64,000 bases of DNA from Vulcanimicrobiota bacterium (GCA_963820825.1 CAWGBN010000005.1:128001-192000); one strand, 5' to 3'; counted from the stretch's first letter, positions 1 through 10,419 are shown. Notes: a model not told the origin generated them from the letters alone. Made by a program: numbers and translations.

Positions 1-114
1 GCATATTGCGGCGATATTCGATCGTTTCGAACTTACCTCGCGGCGCGAGCTCTCCACGCTTCTCGAGCGCACTGCGCGGCAGGTCGTTAGCGAACCGTCT
101 CCGTAGAGCGCGCC

Positions 115-1089
115 ATGCGCTGGCTCGTCACCGGGGGTCTCGGGTTCATCGGCTCCCACTTTATTCGGATCGCATTACGCGAACGGCCGGAGCTCGAGAT
201 CGTTAATCTGGACGCGATGACCTACGCCGGAAATCCGGCGAATCTGCGCGACGTCGAGGACGACCCGCGGTATCGCTTCGTGAAAGGCGATATCTGCGAC
301 GGGGACGCGGTGCGGGCGGCGCTCGGCGGCGGGGCCGACGCTATCGTCAACTTCGCCGCCGAGACGCACGTCGACCGCTCGATCGTCGACCCCGAGGCCT
401 TTCTCCGAACCGACGCGCTCGGAACGCACGTGCTCTTGCAGGCCCTGCGGGAGAGACGGGTGCCGCGCTACCTTCAGGTATCGACCGACGAAGTCTACGG
501 CAACGTTCCGACGGGCGAATCCGTTGAGGAAGATCCGCTGCGCCCCCGCAGTCCGTACGCTGCCAGCAAGGCCGCCGGCGATCTTCTCGCGCTTGCCTAT
601 CGCGAGACGTACGGCGCTCCCGTCTTGATCACGCGCGGCAGCAACACGTACGGACCGTATCAGTTTCCCGAGAAGATCGTGCCTCTCTTCATCACCAACC
701 TGATCGACGACCGGCGCGTGCCGGTATACGGCGACGGCCTGCAGATCCGCGACTGGCTCTACGTCGAAGACCACGCCCACGCGATTCTTCACGTGCTGGA
801 GCACGGCGAGCTCGGGAACGTCTACAACATCTCGGCCCAGACGCCGCAGACGAACATCGAGCTGACGCGCAAGCTCGTAACCGGCTGCGGCCGCTCCATG
901 GAGACGCACGCCGAGCACGTGACCGATCGACCGGGTCACGACCGGCGCTACGCGGTCAACTGCGCAAAGCTGCGCGCGCTGGGGTGGGAGGCGCTCACGC
1001 CATTGGAGACCGGCCTCGCCCGAACGATCGACTGGTATCGCCGCAACGATGCCTGGTGGCGCCCGCTCAAGCAGGTCGCGGCGCCGTGA
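115..1089 (+). CDS. rfbB: dTDP-glucose 4,6-dehydratase
   Basis: GGLGFIGS Rossmann motif, AAETHVDRS, STDEVYG, YAASK, DRPGHDRRY. Confidence 0.95.
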   Translation: MRWLVTGGLGFIGSHFIRIALRERPELEIVNLDAMTYAGNPANLRDVEDDPRYRFVKGDICDGDAVRAALGGGADAIVNFAAETHVDRSIVDPEAFLRTDALGTHVLLQALRERRVPRYLQVSTDEVYGNVPTGESVEEDPLRPRSPYAASKAAGDLLALAYRETYGAPVLITRGSNTYGPYQFPEKIVPLFITNLIDDRRVPVYGDGLQIRDWLYVEDHAHAILHVLEHGELGNVYNISAQTPQTNIELTRKLVTGCGRSMETHAEHVTDRPGHDRRYAVNCAKLRALGWEALTPLETGLARTIDWYRRNDAWWRPLKQVAAP

Positions 1090-1808
1090 AGGGTGTCGTA
1101 TTGGCCGGCGGGCTTGGCACGCGGCTGCGTCCCTTGACGAAGGTTACGAATAAGCATCTGCTTCCCGTCTACGACCGGCCGATGATTTACTATCCGCTCG
1201 AAACGCTCCGCCGCGCCGGCATCTCCGAAGTCATGCTCGTCACCGGCGGTAACTCCGCGGGCGATTTTTTACGATTGCTCGGCAACGGCGCCGAACTCGG
1301 TTTCGACAGCATCTCGTATGCATATCAGGAAGGAGAGCGCGGAATCGCCGACGCGCTGCGTCTCTGCGAGCATTTTGCGGCGGGCCACCGCATCGTCGTC
1401 ATTCTCGGCGACAACATCGTGCAGGAGGATATCGCCCCGTACGTTCGCCGTTTTGAGGCGCAGCCGTCGGGAGCGCGCATCTTGTTGAAAGAGGTCGACG
1501 ACGCGCAGCGCTTCGGCGTGCCGGTATTCGACGGCGATCGGATCGTCGAGATTCAGGAGAAACCGGCGCAGCCGCATAGCCGCTTCGCAGTTACCGGCGT
1601 CTATATGTTCGACGAACGCGTCTTCGGCTTCATTCGCACGTTGAAACCGTCTCGGCGCGGAGAGCTCGAGATCGCGGACGTCCACAACCGCTACATTCTC
1701 GACGGCGATCTCTGCTACGACGTGCTGCAAGGCGCGTGGAGCGACGCAGGAACGTTCGAGAGCCTCTTTCGCGCCGGCGAGCTCGTCCGATCCCGCTCGA
1801 GGGTCTAA
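1086..1808 (+). CDS. rfbA: glucose-1-phosphate thymidylyltransferase (short form)
   Basis: GVVLAGGLGTRLRPLT...KHLLPVYDRPMIYYPL; GTG start overlaps the rfbB stop (GTGA). Confidence 0.9.
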   Translation: MKGVVLAGGLGTRLRPLTKVTNKHLLPVYDRPMIYYPLETLRRAGISEVMLVTGGNSAGDFLRLLGNGAELGFDSISYAYQEGERGIADALRLCEHFAAGHRIVVILGDNIVQEDIAPYVRRFEAQPSGARILLKEVDDAQRFGVPVFDGDRIVEIQEKPAQPHSRFAVTGVYMFDERVFGFIRTLKPSRRGELEIADVHNRYILDGDLCYDVLQGAWSDAGTFESLFRAGELVRSRSRV

Positions 1809-1811
1809 CCT

Positions 1812-2600
1812 TTAACCCTTAGCGTGGGGGATGATCGGTAACAGCGCCAACGCCACGACGACGAGGACGCCTGCGAGCGCGCCGCGGAACCAACGCTCGG
1901 GCAGCTTCGCAACGAAGTACGAGCCGAGAAAGACGCCGGGAATCGAGCCCATCAGCAGCGAGATGGCGATGCCGGGATCGACGTCGCCGAGCCGCCAGTG
2001 ACCGAGCAGCGACGGTATGAGCACGACGACCGCGAAGGCAAGATCGGTGCCGACCAAGCGCCGCAGCGCGACCACGGGCGCCACGAGCAAGAGTGCCGGG
2101 AGCGTGAGCGAGCCCGCGCCGATCGACGTGATGCTGACCGTCAAACCGACGAAGAGCCCGATCATAGCGAGTCTCAGGGTCGGAAGCTTGTTCGGGTCGC
2201 GGCTGGTATCGCCGGCAAGCTTGCGATTGAAGATGATACCCGCGGCGGAGACGAGCAGCGCCGCAGCGACCGCGATCCGAAGAACGTTTTCGAGCTGATG
2301 CACGTCGAGTGCGTGATGCAAGTAACCGCTGATGATGACGCCTATAACCGCTCCGGGTAAACCGCCGAGCGAGAGGCGCCAGAGCACCGAGAACTGCACG
2401 GTGCGCTTCTGGATATGCGCGAGCATAGCGACGACGCGAGTGCCGAGGGCGAAGAGCAGATCGGACCCGATTGCCCGGTCGGTACCAACACCAAGGAATA
2501 TCAAGAGCGGCGTCGTGATGGCGCCCGCGCCAACGCCGCTATATGCGGTGCACGTGCCGACGATAAATCCAACGAGCACGTAGCTCCAGGTGATGGTCAC
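1812..2600 (-). CDS. TauE/SafE family sulfite exporter / anion permease
   Basis: Multi-TM protein with duplicated GVGAGAITTP / SIGAGSLTLP motifs and GSDL/GTDL. Confidence 0.85.
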   Translation of the reverse strand: MTITWSYVLVGFIVGTCTAYSGVGAGAITTPLLIFLGVGTDRAIGSDLLFALGTRVVAMLAHIQKRTVQFSVLWRLSLGGLPGAVIGVIISGYLHHALDVHQLENVLRIAVAAALLVSAAGIIFNRKLAGDTSRDPNKLPTLRLAMIGLFVGLTVSITSIGAGSLTLPALLLVAPVVALRRLVGTDLAFAVVVLIPSLLGHWRLGDVDPGIAISLLMGSIPGVFLGSYFVAKLPERWFRGALAGVLVVVALALLPIIPHAKG

Positions 2601-2758
2601 GCTATAACTCCCGTCGGCGCACGCCGATACGACGCCTCTCCGGCAAACGTTCTCGGCGCAGTCATGAACAAACCCGTCATAATGTTCAACAAAGGACCTA
2701 GGTTAACATTCTAGCGACCGGCAGCCGCGAGCCCCCGTATAGGGCGGCTTGAGAAGGC

Positions 2759-3034
2759 TTAGATAGATGGACCGCCCGAGCGGGCGACATCGCCGGGTAT
2801 ATCGGCCTCGACGGGCTCTTTTCCTACCGTTCCTGCCGGGCCTCGCTTGCTTGAAGGGGTCGCGGAGCCGTCTCCGCGGTGAATCTCGGCGAAGATTTCG
2901 AAGCGATGAACCGGCACGTGGCGAGGCGCCTCAATGCCGAGCTTAACCTGGTCGCGGTCTACTCCCACAACCAGAATGCGAATATCGCTACCAATCATAA
3001 TTGACTGATTCGCCTTGCGGCTAAGCACGAGCAT
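2759..3034 (-). CDS. csrA: carbon storage regulator CsrA
   Basis: MLVLSRKANQSIMIG...VKLGIEAPRHVPVHRFEI. Confidence 0.93.
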   Translation of the reverse strand: MLVLSRKANQSIMIGSDIRILVVGVDRDQVKLGIEAPRHVPVHRFEIFAEIHRGDGSATPSSKRGPAGTVGKEPVEADIPGDVARSGGPSI

Positions 3035-3078
3035 CGAAGCCCTCCTTGGCCGGCCGTAATGCGGTGAAGCGTGATTCT

Positions 3079-3102
3079 TTCGGCGCTAGGGTTCAACCGC
3101 CT
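3079..3102 (-). promoter_or_regulatory. putative alternative-sigma promoter AGG-N17-CGAA upstream of csrA
   Basis: Minus strand AGG cggttgaaccctagcgc CGAA; same spacing recurs at other gene starts. Confidence 0.55.
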
Positions 3103-3137
3103 CCGTATGCAAACGCATCGGCCGGGAGGACCCGCCG

Positions 3138-3509
3138 ATGGTTAGAGATGTTGCCTTCTTCGCTTACTCGGTTCGCGACGTCCCGCGGGCGCGCACCTTC
3201 TACGCGGAGACGCTCGGGCTTAAGGAAGGCCAGTCGTTCGGCGATCACTGGATCGAGTTCGACGTCGGCAACGTCACCTTCGGAATCGGTAACGGAGAGG
3301 GGTTGGGCTTCATCCCCGGCGCGTCGACCGGAGCGGCTTTCGAGGTTGACGATCTTCCGGCAATGCGCGAGCGTCTCAAAGCCGGCGGCGCCGAGGTTGG
3401 CGAGGTACTCGAGTTTCCGGCGTGCATTACCTGTTTTGCGCGCGACCCCGAAGGCAATCGTTTCGCGCTTCATCAGCGCCGGACGCCTGCCCCCGGGGAC
3501 GCCGCTTAG
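3138..3509 (+). CDS. VOC/glyoxalase family protein
   Basis: [19 protein letters not shown]...[12 protein letters not shown]. Confidence 0.88.
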   Translation: MVRDVAFFAYSVRDVPRARTFYAETLGLKEGQSFGDHWIEFDVGNVTFGIGNGEGLGFIPGASTGAAFEVDDLPAMRERLKAGGAEVGEVLEFPACITCFARDPEGNRFALHQRRTPAPGDAA

Positions 3510-3514
3510 CCGTT

Positions 3515-5209
3515 TTACGCCGAAGCGGTCTCCCGCGCGGCTTCGATGAGAATCGCGGCGACTTCCGGCCGCGAGAACTCCGGCGGCGGGAGTTGCCCGT
3601 TACGCAACATCTCGCGCACCTGGCCGTGCCGCTGAGCGTCACGTGGCTCTCCGGATCGTGATTGCAGGTCTTCTGTGAAGCCATCGACTGACAACGCCGG
3701 CAGTAGAAGCTGTTCTCGAACTTCAGCGGGGTGATACCGAGCTCTTCGGGCGTGAACTCGTCGAAGAGCTTCTGCGCGTCGTAGGTGCCGTAGTAGCTTC
3801 CCACGCCCGCGTGGTCGCGCCCGACGATGAAATGCGTGCAGCCGTGGTTCTTACGCATCATCGCATGGAAGATCGCTTCGCGCGGACCCGCGTAGCGCAT
3901 CGCCGCCGGCAGCGTGCTCAGCAGCACGCGATTCGCCGGATAGTAGTTCTCCAGCAGTGCCCGATAACAACGCATCCGGACGTCGGCCGGAATGTCGTCG
4001 CTCTTGGTCTCGCCGACGAGCGGATGGAGCAGTAAACCGTCGACCATCTCGAGCGCGCATTTCTGAATGTATTCGTGCGCGCGATGGACCGGATTGCGCG
4101 TCTGGAATCCGACGATCGTGTTCCAGCCGCGGCGTTCGAACTCGGCGCGCGTCTGCGCCGGTGAGAGGCTCTCCGGATCGTGCTCGCGTGCGAACACCCA
4201 AACCGGACCGCCGATGAGCACGTCCTTACGCCCGTAGACCGCAGCGACGCCGGGATGTTTCTCCTCTTCCGTGCGATAGACGTTTCGCGCTTCGTGCCGC
4301 TTGTCGGATTCGAAGACGTCCTCAACGTCGATGACTCCGCGTAGCTCGCCTTCGCCGTCGTAGAGTGCCGCCCGGCTTCCGACCGTCGGTGCCTCGTCGC
4401 GATCGACGGCCAAGACGACCGGAATGCTCCACGGCAATCCGTTCGCGAGGCGCATCGAGACGACGACGGTGATCGTAATCTTCGCGGCCCATGAAGCCAC
4501 CCAGGGGACTCAACGCGCCGTTAGCGATCAGCGCGAGGTCGTTGAGTTCGCGTGCGGTCAGCGTGAGGCTGCGAAGGCTCTTGCTCTCTTCGCGCAGCTC
4601 GGCTTCGTCCGCCGAAGCGACGGTCCGGTCGATGAGTTTGCCGCCGTGGGGAGCGATCATGATACCGCCTTCAATTCGATGCACGTGGCCGAGTCGCTCG
4701 AGCTCGGCGAGAATCTTGGAGACGCTCTCGTCGATGGTCTCGCTCTCGCTATCCACGACGATGTCGGGATTCTCCGGCGCTTCGTACGGATCGGAGACGC
4801 CGGTGAAGTGCTGCACTTCGCCGGCGATGGCCTTTTTGTAAAGGCCTTTGACGTCGCGGCGCACGAGCTCGTCCAAGGAACAGCGCACGTAGACTTCGAC
4901 GAAACGATCGTGTCCGATCCGCTGACGCGCCTCGGAGCGCGCCTGCGCGTACGGCGAGATTGCGGCCGTGATGACCGCGGCGTCGTGCCTCACCAAGAGC
5001 GAGGCGACGAACGAGATACGTCCGATATTGATGTCGCGATCCTCGCGGCTGAATCCGAGTCCTTTTGACAGATGGGTGCGGACTTCGTCGCCGTCGAGCA
5101 CTTCGACGTTCCGTCCGCGGGCCGAAAGCTCGGGTGCGAGTCGCTCGGCAATCGTGCTCTTACCGGCCCCGGACAGACCGGTAAGCCACACAGTGAATCC
5201 CTGGTTCAA
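3515..5209 (-). CDS. cysC/sat: APS kinase (CysC) read in frame into ATP sulfurylase (Sat); two indels inside Sat (~4470, ~3625)
   Basis: [27 protein letters not shown] (CysC); [27 protein letters not shown] (Sat); TTG start after GAAAGGA. Confidence 0.88.
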
Positions 5210-5347
5210 CTGGAGTTCCTTTCTGGAGGTGGATTTAAAAGGGCACCCATCACTCAAAAGGTGGACTTCTAAGGCGGACGTCCCCAGATGGCCGAATTCT
5301 TCGACCCCAGATTGTTGATTTCCGTCTACTTCCTAGCGCATCGCTGC

Positions 5348-7105
5348 TTAAGGCGCCTTAAACGAGAACTGCGCTGCATGGAGCCTCGCGTACGCCCCGC
5401 CGCGAGCCAGGAGCTCCTCGTGCGTCCCCACCTCGACGACCCGCCCGGCCTCGATGAACAGAACCTTGTGCGCGCGGCGCACGGTCGAGAGCCGATGGGC
5501 GATGATCAGCGTGGTGCGCCCGGGCAACAAACGATCGAGCGCCTGCTCGATCATCGCCTCCGAATGGCTGTCGAGCGCGCTGGTCGCCTCGTCGAGTATT
5601 AGGATCCGGGGGTCCCTCAGAACCGCGCGCGCGATGGCGATGCGCTGGCGCTCGCCGCCGGAGAGCCGCATCCCACGTTCGCCGACTTGAGTCGCGTAGC
5701 CATCCGGGAAGTTGCGCACGTACTCGTCGACGTTTGCATCCTGCGCGGCCGCCCGCACCTCCGCGTCGGATGCCTCGATCCTACCGTAGCGAATATTCTC
5801 CAGGATCGAACCGCGAAAGAGTTGCACGTCCTGCGGAACGATGGCGATCGCCTTACGCAGATCGTCCAGCCGCACTTTGGCGATGTCGAAACCGTCGAGC
5901 AGCACCCGTCCTTCCTGCGGCTCGTAGAAGCGCGGCACGAGATTGACGATCGTCGTCTTGCCCGCACCCGACGGACCGACGAGCGCCACGATCTCGCCGG
6001 CTTCGATCGTCGCGTTGACCTCGCGCAACGCGGGCGGATCGTCCGGGCGGTACCGAAAGGTTACGCCGGCGTATTCGATCCGGCCGCGCACCGAGGGAAG
6101 CGCAATCGCGCCCTCGGGTTCGCGCACCTCGACGGGCAGATCGAGCAACTCGAAGACCCGTCCCGCGCCGACGATCGCCTTGCTGATGTCGCCGAAGAAC
6201 GCGGCGACGCGGTTCATCGGGTTCATTAGATTCACCAGCAGCCCCCAGTACATGAAGACCCGCCCGGTATCGAGCCGTCCGACGAGCACCTCGCGCACCG
6301 AGAGCCACATGATGCCGACGACCGCGGCGACCATGATCGTCGAAACGACCAGCGGCTGCGTTTGAATGAACTGCGTCAGCTTCATGTAGGCACCGAAGAA
6401 GTCGTCGTTACGGCTGCGAAAGCGCGCAACTTCGAACTCCTCGCGCCCGAACGACTTGACCACGCGTTGGCCGCCGAGGATCTCGGAGAGATTCGCGGTG
6501 AGGTCGGCGATGCGCTGTTGAGCGCGGTGGGTGCTCGCCGAGATCAGATGCTGAAAGTTCGAGACGGCGAACGAAACGATCGGCGCAACGAGAACGAGCG
6601 AGATCGTCAGGAGCCAATCGAGGTAGATCATCGTCGCAAAAGACGAAATGAAGGTCGCGAGCGCGACGACGAGCTGCGGCACCGAAACGCTGACCGCATC
6701 GATCATTATCTGCAGATCCGTCGAGAACCGCGCAATCAACTCGCCGGGGCGCCACTTGTCGAACTCGCCCAGCGGCAGACTCAGGAGTCGGCTGAAGAGC
6801 CGCACGCGCAGCCGCGCGACCAAATGCTGCCCGCTCCACGCCGTGAGATAGGTCTGCCCGTAGATCGCGCAGTTGGCGAGCACGAGGGCGATCGACGTAA
6901 GGCCGAGTGAGAGATAGAGCGCCTTGAGGTCCGGCGCGCTGCCGTGCGGGGGAACGAGTACCTGGTTGATGATGATGCGAAAGGCCAGCGGGGGAACGAT
7001 CGAGAGAACGCCGGCGAGCACGCCCATCGCCATCGCAAGCCCGAGGCGCGGATAGTACGGACGCGCCTCGCGCGCCAACCGTACGAGAATGGAGCGGCGG
7101 CTCAT
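5348..7105 (-). CDS. ABC exporter, fused permease/ATPase (MsbA-like)
   Basis: TM domain plus GPSGAGKT, LSGGERQR, ILDEATSALD, IAHRLST. Confidence 0.92.
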   Translation of the reverse strand: MSRRSILVRLAREARPYYPRLGLAMAMGVLAGVLSIVPPLAFRIIINQVLVPPHGSAPDLKALYLSLGLTSIALVLANCAIYGQTYLTAWSGQHLVARLRVRLFSRLLSLPLGEFDKWRPGELIARFSTDLQIMIDAVSVSVPQLVVALATFISSFATMIYLDWLLTISLVLVAPIVSFAVSNFQHLISASTHRAQQRIADLTANLSEILGGQRVVKSFGREEFEVARFRSRNDDFFGAYMKLTQFIQTQPLVVSTIMVAAVVGIMWLSVREVLVGRLDTGRVFMYWGLLVNLMNPMNRVAAFFGDISKAIVGAGRVFELLDLPVEVREPEGAIALPSVRGRIEYAGVTFRYRPDDPPALREVNATIEAGEIVALVGPSGAGKTTIVNLVPRFYEPQEGRVLLDGFDIAKVRLDDLRKAIAIVPQDVQLFRGSILENIRYGRIEASDAEVRAAAQDANVDEYVRNFPDGYATQVGERGMRLSGGERQRIAIARAVLRDPRILILDEATSALDSHSEAMIEQALDRLLPGRTTLIIAHRLSTVRRAHKVLFIEAGRVVEVGTHEELLARGGAYARLHAAQFSFKAP

Positions 7106-7220
7106 CGCGGCAGGAGGCTGCAAAACCTCTGGGCTCTTGCCGCCGCCGCGCGGTGAAACCTCCCCCCGTGCGCTCCGGTACGTGATGGTGGCAAAAGATT
7201 CGGAGGATCGCGAAACGCAC

Positions 7221-7787
7221 ATGGACTGCTATTTTCACTCGAACGTACCGTCGGTCGCACCGTGTACCGACTGCGGAAAGCCGATCTGCGCGACCTGTCG
7301 CGACGAACGCGGCGGCTGCCCGAGTTGCCGCCTTGCGGCAAAGGTCGAAGCGGCAACGGCGACCCGCCGGCAAATCGCCGGTTCGGTCCCTCCGCGCCCC
7401 GCGCCGGCAAGCGTTCGGGGCACGGCAACGATCGCGACGGCGCCCGATCCGGTGGAATCGCGCGCGCTCGTCGCGCTCGGTTACCCGCTCTGGCCGTTGG
7501 CCCTACTCTCGCTGCTCGACCGGAAGCAATCGCGCAATCTGCGCCGCCAGGCGTTTCAGGCGCTCGGCTTCAACGTCGGCTTCTTCGGTTTCTGGGGACT
7601 CCTCTCGCTGCTCGCGCAAGTGCCGTTCCTCGGATTCTCGGCTTGGGTGCTGGTGCCGCTGCTCGCGCCGCTCTTTCTGGTCGCGAGCGTTTACTACGGA
7701 ATCAAGACGTGGAACGGCGACGAGGTTCGCATCCCCGTCGTCACGAGCTGGATCGACGAGCGCATGCCTAACGGAGCTGCCGATTAA
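7221..7787 (+). CDS. B-box-like zinc finger plus DUF4870-like membrane protein
   Basis: CYFH...CTDCGKPICATC...CPSC, then three hydrophobic segments ending YGIKTWNGDEVRIP. Confidence 0.65.
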   Translation: MDCYFHSNVPSVAPCTDCGKPICATCRDERGGCPSCRLAAKVEAATATRRQIAGSVPPRPAPASVRGTATIATAPDPVESRALVALGYPLWPLALLSLLDRKQSRNLRRQAFQALGFNVGFFGFWGLLSLLAQVPFLGFSAWVLVPLLAPLFLVASVYYGIKTWNGDEVRIPVVTSWIDERMPNGAAD

Positions 7788-9198
7788 ACTCGCGATAGCG
7801 GCCTAGAAAGGCGCGCGCCGCCGCGCCATGGTCGATCGCCGCCGGCGGATAGGCGTCGGCGGCGTAGAGGCCCAGCGCGAGCTGCGGAGAGTTCGGCGGA
7901 CGCCCGTACCACGCATCGAGCGGAACGTCGCGCAGCTCCGGTATCCAGCGCCGGACGTAGATGCCGACCGGGTCGTACCGCCGGCGTTGCCGCTCGGGAT
8001 TGTAGATGCGCGGATACTGCGCCATGTCCGCGCCGACGCCCGCGATCCACTGCCAGTTACCGTCGGCCAGCGCCGGCTCGTCCTCGATGAGCCGGCGATC
8101 CCACTCGTCGCGACCGGCACGCCAATCGACGCCTAAGTCGAAACAGAGAAACGAGGCCGCGACCGCGCGTACGTGCGGATGCATCCATCCTGTCGCGTGC
8201 AACTGGCGAATGCCCGCATCGACGAACGGATACCCGGTCTTGCCCGCGCGCCACGCGTCCAAGAGCGGGTGCGACGATTCCCAGCGAAAGCCGCGCATCT
8301 TCTCCTGGAGCGGCTCGTCTTGCGTCTCCGGATAGAACCAGGCGAGTTGGAGGAAGAAATCGCGATGCGCGAGCGATCGCAGAAAGAGACGCAGCGAGAG
8401 ACGCTCCTCGCTGAGCGCGAACGGGTCGTCGAGGCGCTCGCGGACGGCACGCGCGATCGTGCGCGCAGCGATCGTCCCGAAGGAGAGTTCGGCCGCGAGG
8501 TGCGAGGTGCGGTCGTCGCCCGGCGCCGTTGCCGCGACTGCATAGAGTGCCGCATCTTCACGGAGAAAGCGTTCGAAACGCCGCCGGGCGATCGCGGCTC
8601 CGGCCTCGATAGCGCCCTTGCTTCCACCGAACTCCTCCGGCATCGGGAGCGGCTCGCTCGCTGCCTCGGTGCGGACGAATCGCAGCAGCAGCGGAGACTC
8701 GTGTGACGCAATCGGCAGCCTTCCCCAGGCTTCGAAATACGGGGCAAAGGCGCGGTAGGATCCGCCCGCACTATGCTCCGCGGCGCTCTCCTCGGGCGCG
8801 ACCACCGGCGCATCGTGCACGACGAGTGCTTCATACCCGGCCTCTTCCAACTGCGATGCGACGCGCCGGTCGCGCGTAATTCCATCGCGATCGTAGGCCG
8901 CGCTCCACGCCACACCGCTCGCCGCGAGCTCCCGTGCGACGCGGGCGAGCACCTCTTCCGGCTCGCCGCGAAGCACGAGCAAACGGCTTCCGCGCTCCTC
9001 GAGCTCGCCCGACAACGCGGCGAGCGCGCTGCAAAAGAACTCGGCTCGACGCGGCGAGGCCGCAAGGCGCTCGCGCATCGCCGAATCGATCACGAGCAAC
9101 GGCAGCACCGGACCGCGTGAAGCGGCCGCAGCTAGTCCGGCGTGATCGTCGAGGCGCAGATCTTTGGTAAAACGGTAGACAAACGGCCTCTCCGCCAT
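7768..9198 (-). CDS. phrB: deoxyribodipyrimidine photolyase
   Basis: FTKDLRLDDH, GKTGYPFVDAGIRQLHATGWMH, GNWQW, RIYNP, YVRRWIPEL. Confidence 0.92.
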   Translation of the reverse strand: MAERPFVYRFTKDLRLDDHAGLAAAASRGPVLPLLVIDSAMRERLAASPRRAEFFCSALAALSGELEERGSRLLVLRGEPEEVLARVARELAASGVAWSAAYDRDGITRDRRVASQLEEAGYEALVVHDAPVVAPEESAAEHSAGGSYRAFAPYFEAWGRLPIASHESPLLLRFVRTEAASEPLPMPEEFGGSKGAIEAGAAIARRRFERFLREDAALYAVAATAPGDDRTSHLAAELSFGTIAARTIARAVRERLDDPFALSEERLSLRLFLRSLAHRDFFLQLAWFYPETQDEPLQEKMRGFRWESSHPLLDAWRAGKTGYPFVDAGIRQLHATGWMHPHVRAVAASFLCFDLGVDWRAGRDEWDRRLIEDEPALADGNWQWIAGVGADMAQYPRIYNPERQRRRYDPVGIYVRRWIPELRDVPLDAWYGRPPNSPQLALGLYAADAYPPAAIDHGAAARAFLGRYREFNRQLR

Positions 9199-9239
9199 TG
9201 CGGGCGGTTTCGGTCGCTCGGAGCGCTTCCCTCGCCCAG

Positions 9240-9836
9240 CTAGTGCGCCGGCGCGTTCAGCTTATAGTGCGCGCGCATCGCCGCGCGGCAGATCGACTCG
9301 TCCAGGGTCGCATTTCCAGAGCTCTTTGCGACGCTGCATCCCACCGGGATTCCGCGTGCGTTCACGTTGACTCGAAGCGTCGCCGCAAGCGTCGCCGGCG
9401 CTCCGAGCGCGAGCGATTCGGCCCGGCCTTCGCGGTGCGGCACGGTCTGCGTGCTCAACGCGGCAATCGCGCGCGCTTCTTGCGCCGGGACGCTGCGCTG
9501 CGCGACCGGCGCCGGCTGCGGTTGCTCGATCGCGCGGACACCGACGACCACCGCGATCGCCGCAGCCAGTGCGGCGACGGCCGTCCAGCCGAATCGCCGC
9601 GAGGTTTTTCGGGCGAATGCCGCGCGCAGATCCGGCTCCCACCGTTCGTCGTCGCGCGCGCGCGCAATCCCCAGCATCACGCGTTCGATCTCGCGCTCGC
9701 CGCCGAGCTCGTTGAGACACCGCGCGCATCCGGCGAGGTGGCTCCGGTAGGTTTCGCGTTCGAGGTCGCCGGCTTCGCCGATGGCGATCGCTCCGGCGAG
9801 CCGTTCGATCGTGCCGCAATCCGTTCGAGCACTCAT
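9240..9836 (-). CDS. zinc-binding anti-sigma factor with TM helix and C-terminal TonB-C-like domain
   Basis: HLAGCARC (HxxxCxxC), TM helix, Pro-rich linker, VNVNARG...SVAKSSGNATLDES; overlaps the sigma stop. Confidence 0.75.
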   Translation of the reverse strand: MSARTDCGTIERLAGAIAIGEAGDLERETYRSHLAGCARCLNELGGEREIERVMLGIARARDDERWEPDLRAAFARKTSRRFGWTAVAALAAAIAVVVGVRAIEQPQPAPVAQRSVPAQEARAIAALSTQTVPHREGRAESLALGAPATLAATLRVNVNARGIPVGCSVAKSSGNATLDESICRAAMRAHYKLNAPAH

Positions 9837-10360
9837 CGATCGATACTCTCCTTCATAGTTGTCCGCAGGACGCGCATCGCACGACAGACCCGCTGACGAA
9901 CGGCGTCCGAGGTCGTGCCGAGAATTGCCGCGGCCTCCGACGACGAATAACCGGCATAGCTCGTCAAGAGCAGTGCCGCCGATTGTTCGGGGGGCAGGCG
10001 CATGAGCGCCGCTTGCAGGTCGAGCGACGCGGCGCTGCGCTCGTCGACGCGCCACTCGCTTCGATCGATCTCACGATCGAGCGGGAGCACGCGAAGAATC
10101 TTCTTCCGCCGTAAAAACGAGATCGCGGCGTTCGTCGCGGCGCGGTAGAGCCAGCCCGCGCTCAGCTCGCGCTGCGGATCGGCTTGCAGCATGCGATAGG
10201 CCGACAGAAAGACGTCCTGCGTCAGATCGAGCGCGACCTCAGCGTCGCCGACCATCCGCCGGACGTATCGTGCCAGCTTCGTCTGGTACTCGAGAACGAG
10301 CGACTCGACGCGCGCTGACGCGACTGCCGTTGGTTCGCCCGTCACCCGGACCGCGTCCAT
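9833..10360 (-). CDS. ECF sigma-70 factor
   Basis: DLTQDVFL, WLYRAATN, region 4 YSSSEAAAILGTTSDAVRQRVCRA. Confidence 0.9.
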   Translation of the reverse strand: MDAVRVTGEPTAVASARVESLVLEYQTKLARYVRRMVGDAEVALDLTQDVFLSAYRMLQADPQRELSAGWLYRAATNAAISFLRRKKILRVLPLDREIDRSEWRVDERSAASLDLQAALMRLPPEQSAALLLTSYAGYSSSEAAAILGTTSDAVRQRVCRAMRVLRTTMKESIDR

Positions 10361-10419
10361 TCGTTTTCCCCCTTATCCTCCCAACGCCGCCGGCCTCGCC
10401 GCCGTGACCGCCGGCCCGC

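Noticed and set aside
5215..5345. Possible SAM riboswitch upstream of cysC
   Set aside because: No SAM-I core (ATC...GAGGGA...GCAACC...GTGC) or terminator was recognised.
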